This document shows positions 45,410 to 54,075 of a stretch of 64,000 nt of DNA, piece after piece. Every line of letters starts with the position of its first letter. Position 1 is the first letter of the stretch. The DNA is taken from assembly GCA_029061605.1 (NCBI GenBank), contig JAIDRT010000011.1, positions 43,374 through 107,373 on the forward strand, given 5' to 3'. The position numbers and the translations under genes were made by a program. Origin of the DNA: Clostridia bacterium. Lineage in GTDB: Bacteria; Bacillota; Clostridia; Christensenellales; UBA3700. Below the pieces are notes generated by a model. That model made no database searches and was not told the DNA's origin. It saw only the letters and a program-made list of their open reading frames with translations.

Positions 45410-46213
45410 ATGGATTTCAATACTACACCGCTTACAAAACTTACTGGCAGTCTATGCAAAATTATGGGCGTCGAGCCGCCTGAGCATTCAGAAGGAGTGA
45501 TAGACGAACTCGTCAATTACGCAATGGCAAAGACGGAAGGCAGATGCGTAGACAGAATACTTATGTACAACCCAGACGCAATAGGTCAGTGGTCATACGA
45601 AAAATACTCCGACAAGTTTGAGCCTATGCGCGAACACGCTCCGTTTGAACTCAATATGCTGACGGTGTTTCCACCAAAGACCCCTGTATGCTTTGGCAGT
45701 ATGTACACAGGCGCAAGTCCTCAAGTGCACGGCATACAGCATTACGTCAAGTCGCTTATTACGATAGACAGCATATTTGACGCTCTTATAAGAGCAGGCA
45801 AAAAGCCTTGTATTGTCACTGTCAAAAACTCTTCTCTATCCAAGATTTTTAATGAGAAAAATATGGATTACTACCTTGAAGATTATGACAACGAAGTTGT
45901 TGCGCGCGCAGTTGAACTCATCAAGCAGGATAAGTATGACTTCATAGTCGTATATAATCAAGAATTTGATGACGTAATGCACCGCTCGCACCCAAATTCC
46001 AAACGCTCGCAAAAGGCTCTTGACCACCACGCGCAATCTTTTGATATACTTGGCAAACACGTCAAAGAGTATTGGAAAGGACACGATACTTTGATAGGCT
46101 GCGCAACCGATCACGGCACGCACCGCGAATGGTATCTTCTCGGTCAGCATTGCAAAAATATCCCTGAAGATATGAACGTCAAGCACTATTACGGAGTTAT
46201 TCCCAAAGAATAA
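45410..46213 (+). CDS. Type I phosphodiesterase/nucleotide pyrophosphatase (alkaline phosphatase superfamily) protein
   Basis: The nucleophile region is FPPKTPVCFGSMYTGASPQVHGI. Metal ligand motifs are FDDVMHRSHP and ATDHGTH. It starts 1 nt after the transporter stop. Confidence 0.7.
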   Translation: MDFNTTPLTKLTGSLCKIMGVEPPEHSEGVIDELVNYAMAKTEGRCVDRILMYNPDAIGQWSYEKYSDKFEPMREHAPFELNMLTVFPPKTPVCFGSMYTGASPQVHGIQHYVKSLITIDSIFDALIRAGKKPCIVTVKNSSLSKIFNEKNMDYYLEDYDNEVVARAVELIKQDKYDFIVVYNQEFDDVMHRSHPNSKRSQKALDHHAQSFDILGKHVKEYWKGHDTLIGCATDHGTHREWYLLGQHCKNIPEDMNVKHYYGVIPKE

Positions 46214-46231
46214 TTTGCAAATGCACTTTTT

Positions 46232-46264
46232 CCCGACGCCAAAATCGCGTTGGGATTTTTTCTT
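46232..46264 (+). terminator. Rho-independent terminator
   Basis: CCCGACGC-CAAAATC-GCGTTGGG is followed by ATTTTTTTC. Confidence 0.7.
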
Positions 46265-46386
46265 TTAATGCATATTTTCCACCCAAAACACCGCAATTCT
46301 ACCTATATTCGACTTAATTCTATTGAAAAGTAATTGCAAAATGATTTAAACTATCATTGCAAAGCCAATACAAGGAGAACGAATGT

Positions 46387-47109
46387 ATGAACGATTTTTC
46401 AGAATTTTTATACACCCTTCGCAAGGAAAAAGGTATGACGCAAGCGCAACTTGCTGAACTTTTGGGCGTAACCAACAAAGCCGTGTCAAAATGGGAAACA
46501 GGCGAGGCAATGCCCGAAACCAGCCTGCTCTTGCCGCTATCTCGTATATTAGACGTAACGGTAGACGAACTGTTAGACGGCAAACGCAAGATTGAGAATA
46601 CAACGAATTATGAAGATATTAAGCACGAAACTACGTCTGAAGAATACGACCCAAAAGCGCAATTTGATTTTGACGATATCAAACGACATATGTTTACCAA
46701 AGGAAAAGAAGACGAAAAAACCGTGTTGGAAAGCGTATGCGGAGTTGTGTGCGCAAGCGTCTTTTTCTTGGGGCTTATATCATATTTATTGATAGGCGCA
46801 GTCTGGAATCTATGGTCGCCGTATTGGATAATAATCCCAATATGCACTCTATCTTGCGGTATAATTGGTATAATTTTTGACTTATTCGATGTCAAGAAAC
46901 GCAATAGAAAAAAAGAACGCGGAGAAAATCCATATATTGGCGCAATTTGCGGAGTAATTATGCTTGTCTGCACACTCACTTATTTGATTTTGGGCGTGAT
47001 ATTCTCACTGTGGCATCCATATTGGATAATAATTGTGATAGGCTCTTTCTTGTGCGCTATAATCGGCTCAATCGGCGGAATTATCTCACATAAAAACCAC
47101 AAGAACTAA
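46387..47109 (+). CDS. Membrane-tethered XRE-family HTH regulator
   Basis: The HTH is MTQAQLAELLGVTNKAVSKWETGEAMP. The C-terminal half has two similar double-TM modules (WNLWSPYWIIIPIC... / FSLWHPYWIIIVIG...). AAGGAG lies upstream of ATG 46387. Confidence 0.85.
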   Translation: MNDFSEFLYTLRKEKGMTQAQLAELLGVTNKAVSKWETGEAMPETSLLLPLSRILDVTVDELLDGKRKIENTTNYEDIKHETTSEEYDPKAQFDFDDIKRHMFTKGKEDEKTVLESVCGVVCASVFFLGLISYLLIGAVWNLWSPYWIIIPICTLSCGIIGIIFDLFDVKKRNRKKERGENPYIGAICGVIMLVCTLTYLILGVIFSLWHPYWIIIVIGSFLCAIIGSIGGIISHKNHKN

Positions 47110-47193
47110 TATAACGTGCAAAATATCCATATTTTGTCAAAATAGTACATATATGGTATTGACTTTTACCATAATTTATAGTTTAATATAAAT

Positions 47194-47898
47194 ATGGAAG
47201 TTATAATGTATATTTTAGTGGCGGTTTGTATCGCTCTTGGCGTATTCAAATCCTATTCCCGAAATAAGGGCAACTTCGATATTGAATTGATTGCAAAGAC
47301 GTGCGGATCGCTTTGCTTTGTCGCCGTAGGCGTACTCGCCTTTTATCTATCCGAGCACACCGGCAAAGAAAAGTCATATGCCCTTGCCGTAATTTTAGGT
47401 CTAATACTTGGATTGATAGGAGATATATTCCTATGCCTCTATGACTGCAATTCTCATCCAAAAAGAAAAAATCTAATTCAGACTGTGGGCGTAGCGTTCT
47501 TTTTCTTGGGACACCTATGCTATATGTTCAACTTCCTGACGCTTGAGCCCTTTAAACTCTATCTGCTCCCCACGCTTATAGTCTTGCCAATCGTATATAT
47601 CATACTTGCCTGCAAAGTCCTCACTTCAAGCAAGGCTCAAAATATAATGCTGGCAATATACTATCTTGCGCTCAATCTGATACTCACGTCTTCTATCAAC
47701 CTTATGATTGTGAGAGGCGTCAACGCATTTACTCTGCTCAACTTGATTGGTTGTGTACTCTTTATATCATCTGACACAGTGCTGGGACTGTCTTGGTTTG
47801 CGCCGTCGCTTAAACTTCCCAAAAGTCACGATTATTATATCATTTTGAGTTACTACGCCGCTCAATGTCTGTTTGCATTGTCAATATTCTTTATATAA
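47194..47898 (+). CDS. YhhN/lysoplasmalogenase family membrane protein
   Basis: About 8 TM helices. The motifs GLIGDIFL and FISSDTVLG are typical of YhhN. Confidence 0.7.
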   Translation: MEVIMYILVAVCIALGVFKSYSRNKGNFDIELIAKTCGSLCFVAVGVLAFYLSEHTGKEKSYALAVILGLILGLIGDIFLCLYDCNSHPKRKNLIQTVGVAFFFLGHLCYMFNFLTLEPFKLYLLPTLIVLPIVYIILACKVLTSSKAQNIMLAIYYLALNLILTSSINLMIVRGVNAFTLLNLIGCVLFISSDTVLGLSWFAPSLKLPKSHDYYIILSYYAAQCLFALSIFFI

Positions 47899-47907
47899 GA
47901 TAATAAT

Positions 47908-48192
47908 TTATTGTTTATCTTTGAGTTCATATCCGCAAATCTCAAGGGCTAATTTTGCTCCGTACAAAAATCCTTGCTTAAAATATTGTTCATTTATTAT
48001 GCTTTCATATCCTGCGGTAGCCAAATCATATTGAAAAAATATTGCCTTAAATTTATCATCTCCCTCTACTCTTTTCAGCATCAAATCTTGCCATTTCAAT
48101 ACTTCGTCAAGTTCTTTTTTGTAAAACTTTTTATCAATTACTACTTGATTTCCAACAATATCTCTATATAATTGTAATATTTTTGATTGCAT
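47908..48192 (-). CDS. Hypothetical small protein (94-104 aa)
   Basis: The ORF is AT-rich and divergent from the tandem-HTH gene. ATG 48192 is preceded by AAAGGAG (10-nt spacing); the track start is GTG 48222. I recognise no motif except a C-terminal QGFLYGAKLALE helix. Confidence 0.55.
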   Translation of the reverse strand: MQSKILQLYRDIVGNQVVIDKKFYKKELDEVLKWQDLMLKRVEGDDKFKAIFFQYDLATAGYESIINEQYFKQGFLYGAKLALEICGYELKDKQ

Positions 48193-48219
48193 AATGCTTG
48201 TATCTCCTTTGTTTTTGCT

Positions 48220-48254
48220 CACTATATTGATAATATTGTATACTGCATATAGTG
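48220..48254. promoter_or_regulatory. 8-bp inverted repeat in divergent intergenic region (candidate operator)
   Basis: CACTATAT (48220-48227) and ATATAGTG (48247-48254) are separated by 19 bp. Confidence 0.4.
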
Positions 48255-48298
48255 GGGTGTCAATAGAATTTTAATGAAAATAGTGAGAAAATTTTAAT

Positions 48299-48748
48299 AT
48301 GGATGCAAAATTTACTTCAAACATAAAAAAGTTGAGAAAAGAGTTTAACATATCTCAACTTCAACTATCACTAGAAATCGGATATGGAAAGAGTATCATA
48401 AGTTATTGGGAAACCAGTTTTCGTATTCCTTGCGCAGATGCCATCATAATTTTATCTCGATACTTTCAAGTAAGCACTGATTATGTATTAAACTTAACAG
48501 ACGACAATACTATGTTACATCGCATAGATGATTTTGAAGTAGATATGTCTACATTTAATTTAAGACTAAAAGAATTGAGAAAACAAAAGAATCTATCACA
48601 AGACCAACTTGCATTAAAAACAGGACTAACTCAAACTTCTATAAACCATTGGGAAAAAGGCAAATGCATACCTACTGCAGACGCTATCGTTGCGCTTGCC
48701 CGCTACTTTGGCGTGACTACAGATTATTTATTGGGCGAAAGCGATTAA
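48299..48748 (+). CDS. Tandem double-HTH XRE-family protein
   Basis: There are two HTH_3 modules: LRKEFNISQLQLSLEIGYGKSIISYWET...STDYVL and LRKQKNLSQDQLALKTGLTQTSINHWEK...TTDYLLGE. Confidence 0.85.
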   Translation: MDAKFTSNIKKLRKEFNISQLQLSLEIGYGKSIISYWETSFRIPCADAIIILSRYFQVSTDYVLNLTDDNTMLHRIDDFEVDMSTFNLRLKELRKQKNLSQDQLALKTGLTQTSINHWEKGKCIPTADAIVALARYFGVTTDYLLGESD

Positions 48749-48757
48749 ATATTGATA

Positions 48758-48993
48758 GAGATTTCTTGCGTTCTGCTCAGAATAACGCGTTGAATGCGCA
48801 AGTATGTTAGGCGAAAAGCAGTGTTTGCAATTATTACATCATAGTTTTTGGTTTAGTTACTCTCGAATTTTTGATAAATCTCACTAAAAAATATGGTAGT
48901 AATTTTGCAAATTCTGCTTGAGCCTTTCGTCACATCTTCTACACCCCCCTTCCGTCACCTCGTGACACCTTCCCCTCAAGGGGACGGCAAGAA
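48758..48993. repeat. REP-like units
   Basis: Units are 48758-48787 GAGATTTCTTGCGTTCTGCTCAGAATAACG and 48955-48993 GTCACCTCGTGACACCTTCCCCTCAAGGGGACGGCAAGAA. The latter is the G-rich sub-unit in the opposite orientation, with a CCCC-TCAA-GGGG hairpin. Confidence 0.7.
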
Positions 48994-49026
48994 TAAAAAC
49001 GATTTTTAGTACGAAAGGAGCGACGC

Positions 49027-49575
49027 TTATACGCTGTCGCTCTTTGTTAGTTTTTCTTTAATGACTTTTAAAAGGTCAATGTCTTTGACAGTACAATACG
49101 TCGATAAAATCGGCACTGCAAGGAATATTGCTCCCATTATCGTGCCCAAAGTGTATATCACGTGTTGCCAACCGTTGTTGCCGACCAGATTTTGGAATGC
49201 AACTACGATTTCTCTTACCATACTGTCCAAAAAATCAGGCAAAGTTGCGCCTGCGCCCACTGGATACATAAGTATAAATGCCATAAAAAGCGGTATCGTC
49301 ATTATAGTGCTGTATACGCACACAGCAATTGAAAAGATAGTCTTGACTTTGCCCTCAAAAGTGCCTGCCGCCGCAGACATAAGCATTATGCCTATTGCAT
49401 TCGTCACTATGACGACGACGTATCTCAAAATAATGTTGGGAATTGCGCTGATATACCCCAGTCCCGCATTGCTGCCTGTAGCCTGCACGATAGACATTAT
49501 ACCCAATATTATAAACACTGCCGCTACGGCAATCATTACGCTTTGCTTGATGATTTTCTTTTTCTTCTCGTCCAT
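49027..49575 (-). CDS. Polytopic membrane protein of unknown function
   Basis: The start is MDEKKKKIIKQS... at ATG 49575, after AGGGGA. It has 5-6 hydrophobic helices. The mirror plus-strand ORF (49061..49663) looks non-protein-like. Confidence 0.65.
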   Translation of the reverse strand: MDEKKKKIIKQSVMIAVAAVFIILGIMSIVQATGSNAGLGYISAIPNIILRYVVVIVTNAIGIMLMSAAAGTFEGKVKTIFSIAVCVYSTIMTIPLFMAFILMYPVGAGATLPDFLDSMVREIVVAFQNLVGNNGWQHVIYTLGTIMGAIFLAVPILSTYCTVKDIDLLKVIKEKLTKSDSV

Positions 49576-49666
49576 AATTTCCCCTAACGGCAAGATTTTG
49601 CCGACAAATAATAATTTCATTATAAAGTATATTGCGCCTCAATGCAATATATTTTTAAAATAAATT

Positions 49667-50032
49667 TTACATTAATGAATATGCGCCGTCTTTCAACGCT
49701 GTCAAAGCCTTATCTATATATTGCTCTTTGACCAATATATAGTCGGTGTCATAAGTCGATACTGCAAATATAGGCACGCCTGCCTTTGCCAATAGCGCCG
49801 AGATATCAGCAAGTATGCCCACCAACGAAAAGTCAAGAGCGCCTACTATGCGAAATCCTCTCCATACTTTATCTATTACTGCGCATTCTTTGGGAGCGTC
49901 CTCTTCTTTGCATACCAAAGACGTCTCGCTGTCAGTCTTGGCAAGAAAGAAAAAATCGCTGTGCATATTGACTTGGCTTACGCTATCCATTTTGCATACG
50001 CAAAACCTGTCTTGAAGTAACTCTAATTGCAT
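49667..50032 (-). CDS. ACT domain-containing protein (ACT_7/CASTOR-like)
   Basis: 121 aa. FRIVGALDFSLVGILADISALLAKAGVPIFAVSTYDTDYILV is the typical ACT_7 pattern. Confidence 0.75.
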   Translation of the reverse strand: MQLELLQDRFCVCKMDSVSQVNMHSDFFFLAKTDSETSLVCKEEDAPKECAVIDKVWRGFRIVGALDFSLVGILADISALLAKAGVPIFAVSTYDTDYILVKEQYIDKALTALKDGAYSLM

Positions 50033-50126
50033 AATTATATTTTAACAATATTACCATATGCCGTCAAGTCAATTGAATTTAAGCATTGCAAAACGTGTAA
50101 TCGTGTGATATACTTATTTTGAAATT

Positions 50127-50450
50127 ATGAAAACCTGTCCTAAATGTAATTCGCAAATAGATGAAGATATGGCGCTTTGCCCAACCTGCGGCGAGCGTCT
50201 GCGCACCTTTTGCGACAAAAATAAATATGACAAACACAACGTGCTACTAGTGCGCTTTTTGATGATAATATCAGTTCTATTCCCGCCCATTGGCGCAATC
50301 GTAGGAACCGTCATCAAAAAACGCCATACCGTACTCGGCAAGTTGTGTTTTAGATACGCCCTTATGGGGCTTGCAATCTACTGTATGCTTACTCTGCTTG
50401 CGTTGATATGCTATCTCGCAATGACTTTTCTTGGAATATCATACCTGTAA
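50127..50450 (+). CDS. Zinc-ribbon domain membrane protein
   Basis: The N-terminal CPKC...CPTC zinc ribbon is followed by two TM helices. No obvious RBS. Confidence 0.6.
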   Translation: MKTCPKCNSQIDEDMALCPTCGERLRTFCDKNKYDKHNVLLVRFLMIISVLFPPIGAIVGTVIKKRHTVLGKLCFRYALMGLAIYCMLTLLALICYLAMTFLGISYL

Positions 50451-50458
50451 TCTCTTAC

Positions 50459-50537
50459 GTCATTTCTAGCGTAGTCGAGAAATCTAATCCTATTAAGATT
50501 ATAATGACAGCGACCTCTCCACTGCGGTCGAGGTGAC
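50459..50537. repeat. Convergent pair of REP-like units between convergent genes
   Basis: Units are 50459-50490 GTCATTTCTAGCGTAGTCGAGAAATCTAATCC and 50510-50537 GCGACCTCTCCACTGCGGTCGAGGTGAC. Confidence 0.8.
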
Positions 50538-50550
50538 ATTAATTGATAAA

Positions 50551-52272
50551 TTATCCGCGCAATTGCTCCATTTGCTCTTTGATTATTGCTTTTATTTCGT
50601 CAATTGCCTTTGCATACGCAACTTTTTTGCACTCTTTGGTGGCTCTGACAGTAATCTCAACTTCGTCTGTCGCAAGGCTCTTGGGAGATATGACCACTCT
50701 TATAGGCATACCCATAAGGTCAGCGTCATTGAATTTTACTCCTGCGGCTACACTTCTGTCGTCAAAAAGTACGTCCACGCCTTGCTTGACGAGATTATTG
50801 TATAATTCGTTTGCCTTGCCGTTGACATTCTCGTCGTCAAGTCTCAATGGGCAGATATGAACCTGCCAAGGCGCAACGCTCATTGGCAATATAAGCCCCT
50901 TGTCGTCGCTTGACTCTTGCGCTATTGACGCAATCGCTCTACCTACGCCTATGCCGTAACAACCCATTATCGGATTGAACTCCACTCCGTCTGCGCCGTG
51001 CACCGTCATATCCATTGACTTGGTATACTTGGTGCCGAGTTGGAATATATTGCCTATCTCTATGCCATTCTCAACCCTCAACTTGCCTCCGCATATCGGA
51101 CATCTGTCGCCGTCTCTCGTCTTGGATACGTCGCAGAACTCAACGGACGGCATATCTCTCTTGAAATTAAAGCCAGTGTAGTGATACTCCGCTTTGTTTG
51201 CGCCGATTACCAAAGAATTGATATTCTCAAGCGACTTGTCAAACACCGTGATAATGCTCTTGTCAAGTCCCATAGGTCCTATGTTACCGCACGCCAAAAC
51301 CTCGCTTGCTCCGCCGTCATAAGGTACAATATCTTTGCGCAACGCCTTTTTGAGTTTTGCCTCGTTGACCTCAAGGTCTCCTCTCGTGAACGCAATTACT
51401 ATCTCGTCTGCGCTGCCTTTGACTGCAAACACAACTGCCTTGCAAGTGAGATCTTGCGGCACTTGCAATCTTGTCGATACCTCTTCAATAGTCTTATCTT
51501 CGCCTGTAAAGACGAGTTCAAGCGGTTTAATTTCGCTTGCAGGCGTGTCTATCACACCGTCTGCAACTTCCATATTTGCTCTGTAATCGCAGTTGTTGCA
51601 AAGCACAATGCTGTCTTCGCCGACTTCAGTCAAAAGCATAAACTCGTGCGCTACGCTGCCGCCCATCATACCTGTGTCAGACTTGATGTCAATAAAGTTC
51701 TTGAGACCAATTCTTTTGAATATGCGGTAATATGCGTCAAATACTCTTTGATAATATTGCTCCAAATCCTCTTTTGTTGAATGGAAAGAGTAAGCGTCTT
51801 TCATAGTAAATTCTCTTACTCTTATAAGTCCGCCTCTAGATCTCGCCTCGTCGCGGAACTTGGTCTGCAATTGGTAAATCATCATTGGCAGTTGGTTGTA
51901 ACTGCTGACTATGTGATTGGCAAGGTGTACTGCCGCCTCTTCGTGCGTCATACCAAGCAGCATATCTCTATCGGCTCTGTCCTTAAATCTTACCATCTCG
52001 CTGCCGATCGAATTGTATCTGCCTGACTTTTCCCAAATTTCTCTTGGCATTACGACAGGGAACAACACTTCTTGACCGTCCAAAGCGTCCATCTCCTGAC
52101 GGATGATGGCTTGTATCTTTTGGCTCATCTTCTGGCAAGGCATTGTCATAGTATAGATACCGTTTGCCACCTGCTTGATAAAGCCTGCTCTCGACAAAAG
52201 GATATGGCTTTTGATTTTTGCGTCTTGCGGAGCCTCTTTAGTACGCTCGCACACCAACTTGCTCAATAACAT
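50551..52272 (-). CDS. proS: Proline--tRNA ligase (bacterial type, with INS editing domain)
   Basis: The start is MLLSKLVCERTKEAPQDAKIKSHILLSRAGFI... at ATG 52272, after AGAGGT. Class II motifs (FRDE..R, GGSVAHEF, GCYGIGVGR) are present. The 54 upstream codons in the track ORF are non-coding leader. Confidence 0.93.
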   Translation of the reverse strand: MLLSKLVCERTKEAPQDAKIKSHILLSRAGFIKQVANGIYTMTMPCQKMSQKIQAIIRQEMDALDGQEVLFPVVMPREIWEKSGRYNSIGSEMVRFKDRADRDMLLGMTHEEAAVHLANHIVSSYNQLPMMIYQLQTKFRDEARSRGGLIRVREFTMKDAYSFHSTKEDLEQYYQRVFDAYYRIFKRIGLKNFIDIKSDTGMMGGSVAHEFMLLTEVGEDSIVLCNNCDYRANMEVADGVIDTPASEIKPLELVFTGEDKTIEEVSTRLQVPQDLTCKAVVFAVKGSADEIVIAFTRGDLEVNEAKLKKALRKDIVPYDGGASEVLACGNIGPMGLDKSIITVFDKSLENINSLVIGANKAEYHYTGFNFKRDMPSVEFCDVSKTRDGDRCPICGGKLRVENGIEIGNIFQLGTKYTKSMDMTVHGADGVEFNPIMGCYGIGVGRAIASIAQESSDDKGLILPMSVAPWQVHICPLRLDDENVNGKANELYNNLVKQGVDVLFDDRSVAAGVKFNDADLMGMPIRVVISPKSLATDEVEITVRATKECKKVAYAKAIDEIKAIIKEQMEQLRG

Positions 52273-52460
52273 AAATTTACCTCTTCTAATAAATTTGTAT
52301 AAATTCGTATAAAGTTTAACATATTGCTTTGTTAAAATCAAGTAAAGTAAAGACAAAGTGTCTTTACCGCATAACAAATTTGTTTGATTGTCCAACGTAT
52401 TTTGCAACAAACGAAGAGAATACAAAATTCGCAAAAATTGTCAAACGTGACGATACAATT

Positions 52461-52560
52461 ATGATATATACAAATATTCAAATGCAGATATGAGCATATA
52501 TCAATATGCAAGTATGTACATATGTCAACTTATAAATATGAATATGTGCAAATATGTATG
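52461..52560. repeat. Degenerate 8-bp-period tract (octamers ending in TATG)
   Basis: In phase from 52477: ttcaaATG cagatATG agcatATA tcaatATG caagtATG tacatATG tcaactta taaatATG aatatgtg caaatATG. Confidence 0.6.
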
Positions 52561-52577
52561 AATAACGGTAAATCGAT

Positions 52578-52615
52578 AGATTCTTCAACTCCACTGCGTT
52601 TCGGTCAGAATGACA
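52578..52615. repeat. REP-like unit
   Basis: TAGATTCTTCAACTCCACTGCGTTTCGGTCAGAATGAC is nearly identical in layout to 17292-17330. Confidence 0.8.
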
Positions 52616-52836
52616 ATACACACTTCCCTACCGCCAGACAAGAAGAGAGATAAACGTCTTTAGTCTCCCCTCTCGTTTGATGAGAAGGGAGTGACACAAG
52701 ATTTACGCGAGCAAAAATGTTTTCAAAACAATGAAAACGAATGCAGGCGTACTTGTTGTACGTCAAGTGAGTTTGAAGAAGTTTGGGAAACATTGGTGCC
52801 GTGTAAAATTGCGACACCTCCTTTCTCGCCAAACGC

Positions 52837-54075
52837 TTAACGCAAACCTACGGAAGTGTTATCTTTGTGTCTGTCTCTCAAAGCGTCGATAGGATGCTCG
52901 GCAATTTGATAGCGGTAATCTATACCCTTTTTGTCAATATACTCGCCTATGACCTTATGCGACGCTACGGCGGCAGTCTTCGGGTTGACAATGCTCTGAT
53001 AGTTGAAGAAGTCGCTGTCTTTTGGCATATCGCCCACGTTGATATAATTCTCTCTGTCGGCGGTAAGACGAACGCTCTCAAGTTGTTGACGCACGTAATC
53101 TTTGCAAGAATGGAAAGACAGAAGTTCTGGGAATTCGCCAACGGGAATAATTTGCTGCCAATCCTTTTTCTCATACTTCTTGAGCATTTGCGCAGCGGCG
53201 TGCAAATGCGCTACTTCCTGCTCAAAGAGTTGTTCCCACATTGCCTTGATACGCTTGTCGCTCTCATCCATATAGCAAGAATAATAGAGATAAGCCTCGC
53301 AATATTCGTGCATAAGAGAATTCTCAAGCCAAGTGCAGTTGGTATCCATCAAAGAGCCGTATTGCGTGACGTGCTGCTCTTCGATCATTGCGATCTCCGT
53401 ATAGAGTTGTCTGCCAAGAGTAGATTGATCGTAGAAAGAGCCTTGATTCATATAATAATTCATAGTCTGCTGTTCTGCGGCGGTAATTATCATAGTATTG
53501 AGCACAGTCAGCATATCGCTCGACTTGCTGTCGATATGATATCTTATGCTGTCGTATGGGTGTCTATGCTCGGCAATCGTAGGTCTGCCCGGCATAATCT
53601 CAACGTATTCGCCAACTAGTCTTTGCGCCTTGACACCCTGCTCCATTTCCAAGAGATCGGCGTATCTATAAAGGTGGTCGAAATCCTCAAGCAATGCAAA
53701 ATCAAGCGCCTGCTTGACGTAGCCGTTCTTTTCTCTTTGCGCAAGGAGCGCAGTCAAATCCACAGCCAAATGCTCGTATCCTATCGTATGCTCCAAGATA
53801 TTTTCATTGAGCGGCTTAAGATTGGCGATACGCTTTTGCTGTTGTTGTTCCACTCTTCTCGTTGCGGCAAGTTGTCTGCGAATGTCGTTGTTGTCGCAGT
53901 TGCGCGAAAAGCGGTGCAAGAAATTGACGGATTCAAATTCCGTTCCGTTCATAAGGATTATACGAAGTTTGGTATAAGGACTTACTTCTTCCTTATCGTA
54001 AGGCTTTGAGTTGAGGCAAGACCAATCACAAAATTGCTTGTCTTGCGACATAGGTTTGAGTTCAAAAGGATTCAT
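52837..54075 (-). CDS. Ferritin-like di-iron carboxylate family protein (hypothetical, 412 aa)
   Basis: I place the start at ATG 54075, 6 nt after GGAGGG. Paired E...ExxH-like motifs (LEDFDHLYRY, AAEQQT, IEEQHVTQY, EQEVAHLH) suggest a four-helix-bundle di-iron site. The function is unknown. Confidence 0.55.
   Translation of the reverse strand: MNPFELKPMSQDKQFCDWSCLNSKPYDKEEVSPYTKLRIILMNGTEFESVNFLHRFSRNCDNNDIRRQLAATRRVEQQQQKRIANLKPLNENILEHTIGYEHLAVDLTALLAQREKNGYVKQALDFALLEDFDHLYRYADLLEMEQGVKAQRLVGEYVEIMPGRPTIAEHRHPYDSIRYHIDSKSSDMLTVLNTMIITAAEQQTMNYYMNQGSFYDQSTLGRQLYTEIAMIEEQHVTQYGSLMDTNCTWLENSLMHEYCEAYLYYSCYMDESDKRIKAMWEQLFEQEVAHLHAAAQMLKKYEKKDWQQIIPVGEFPELLSFHSCKDYVRQQLESVRLTADRENYINVGDMPKDSDFFNYQSIVNPKTAAVASHKVIGEYIDKKGIDYRYQIAEHPIDALRDRHKDNTSVGLR

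Noticed and set aside
49061-49663. 200-aa plus-strand ORF mirroring the membrane-protein gene
   Set aside because: The minus-strand frame gives a coherent polytopic membrane protein with an RBS. The plus-strand product is low-complexity and has no RBS.
52273-52434. N-terminal extensions of track ORFs (proS 52434, metG 63550, luxS 63663-type start at 43663, ecfA2 20400, radical SAM 60749, ferritin-like 54219)
   Set aside because: In each case an internal ATG is preceded by a good Shine-Dalgarno sequence and begins the conserved N-terminus of the family. The upstream codons lack an RBS or overlap the preceding gene.
52273-52600. T-box riboswitch upstream of proS (and of metG at 63464-63600)
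   Set aside because: No T-box consensus (…GGTGGTACCGCG…), specifier-loop or AG-bay features were found by eye, and the metG leader is too short. This should still be confirmed with a covariance-model scan.
52605-52832. 75-aa minus-strand ORF downstream of the ferritin-like gene
   Set aside because: It starts at TTG with no properly spaced RBS, the composition is not protein-like, and it runs into a REP unit. The region is kept only as an unexplained spacer (see findings).
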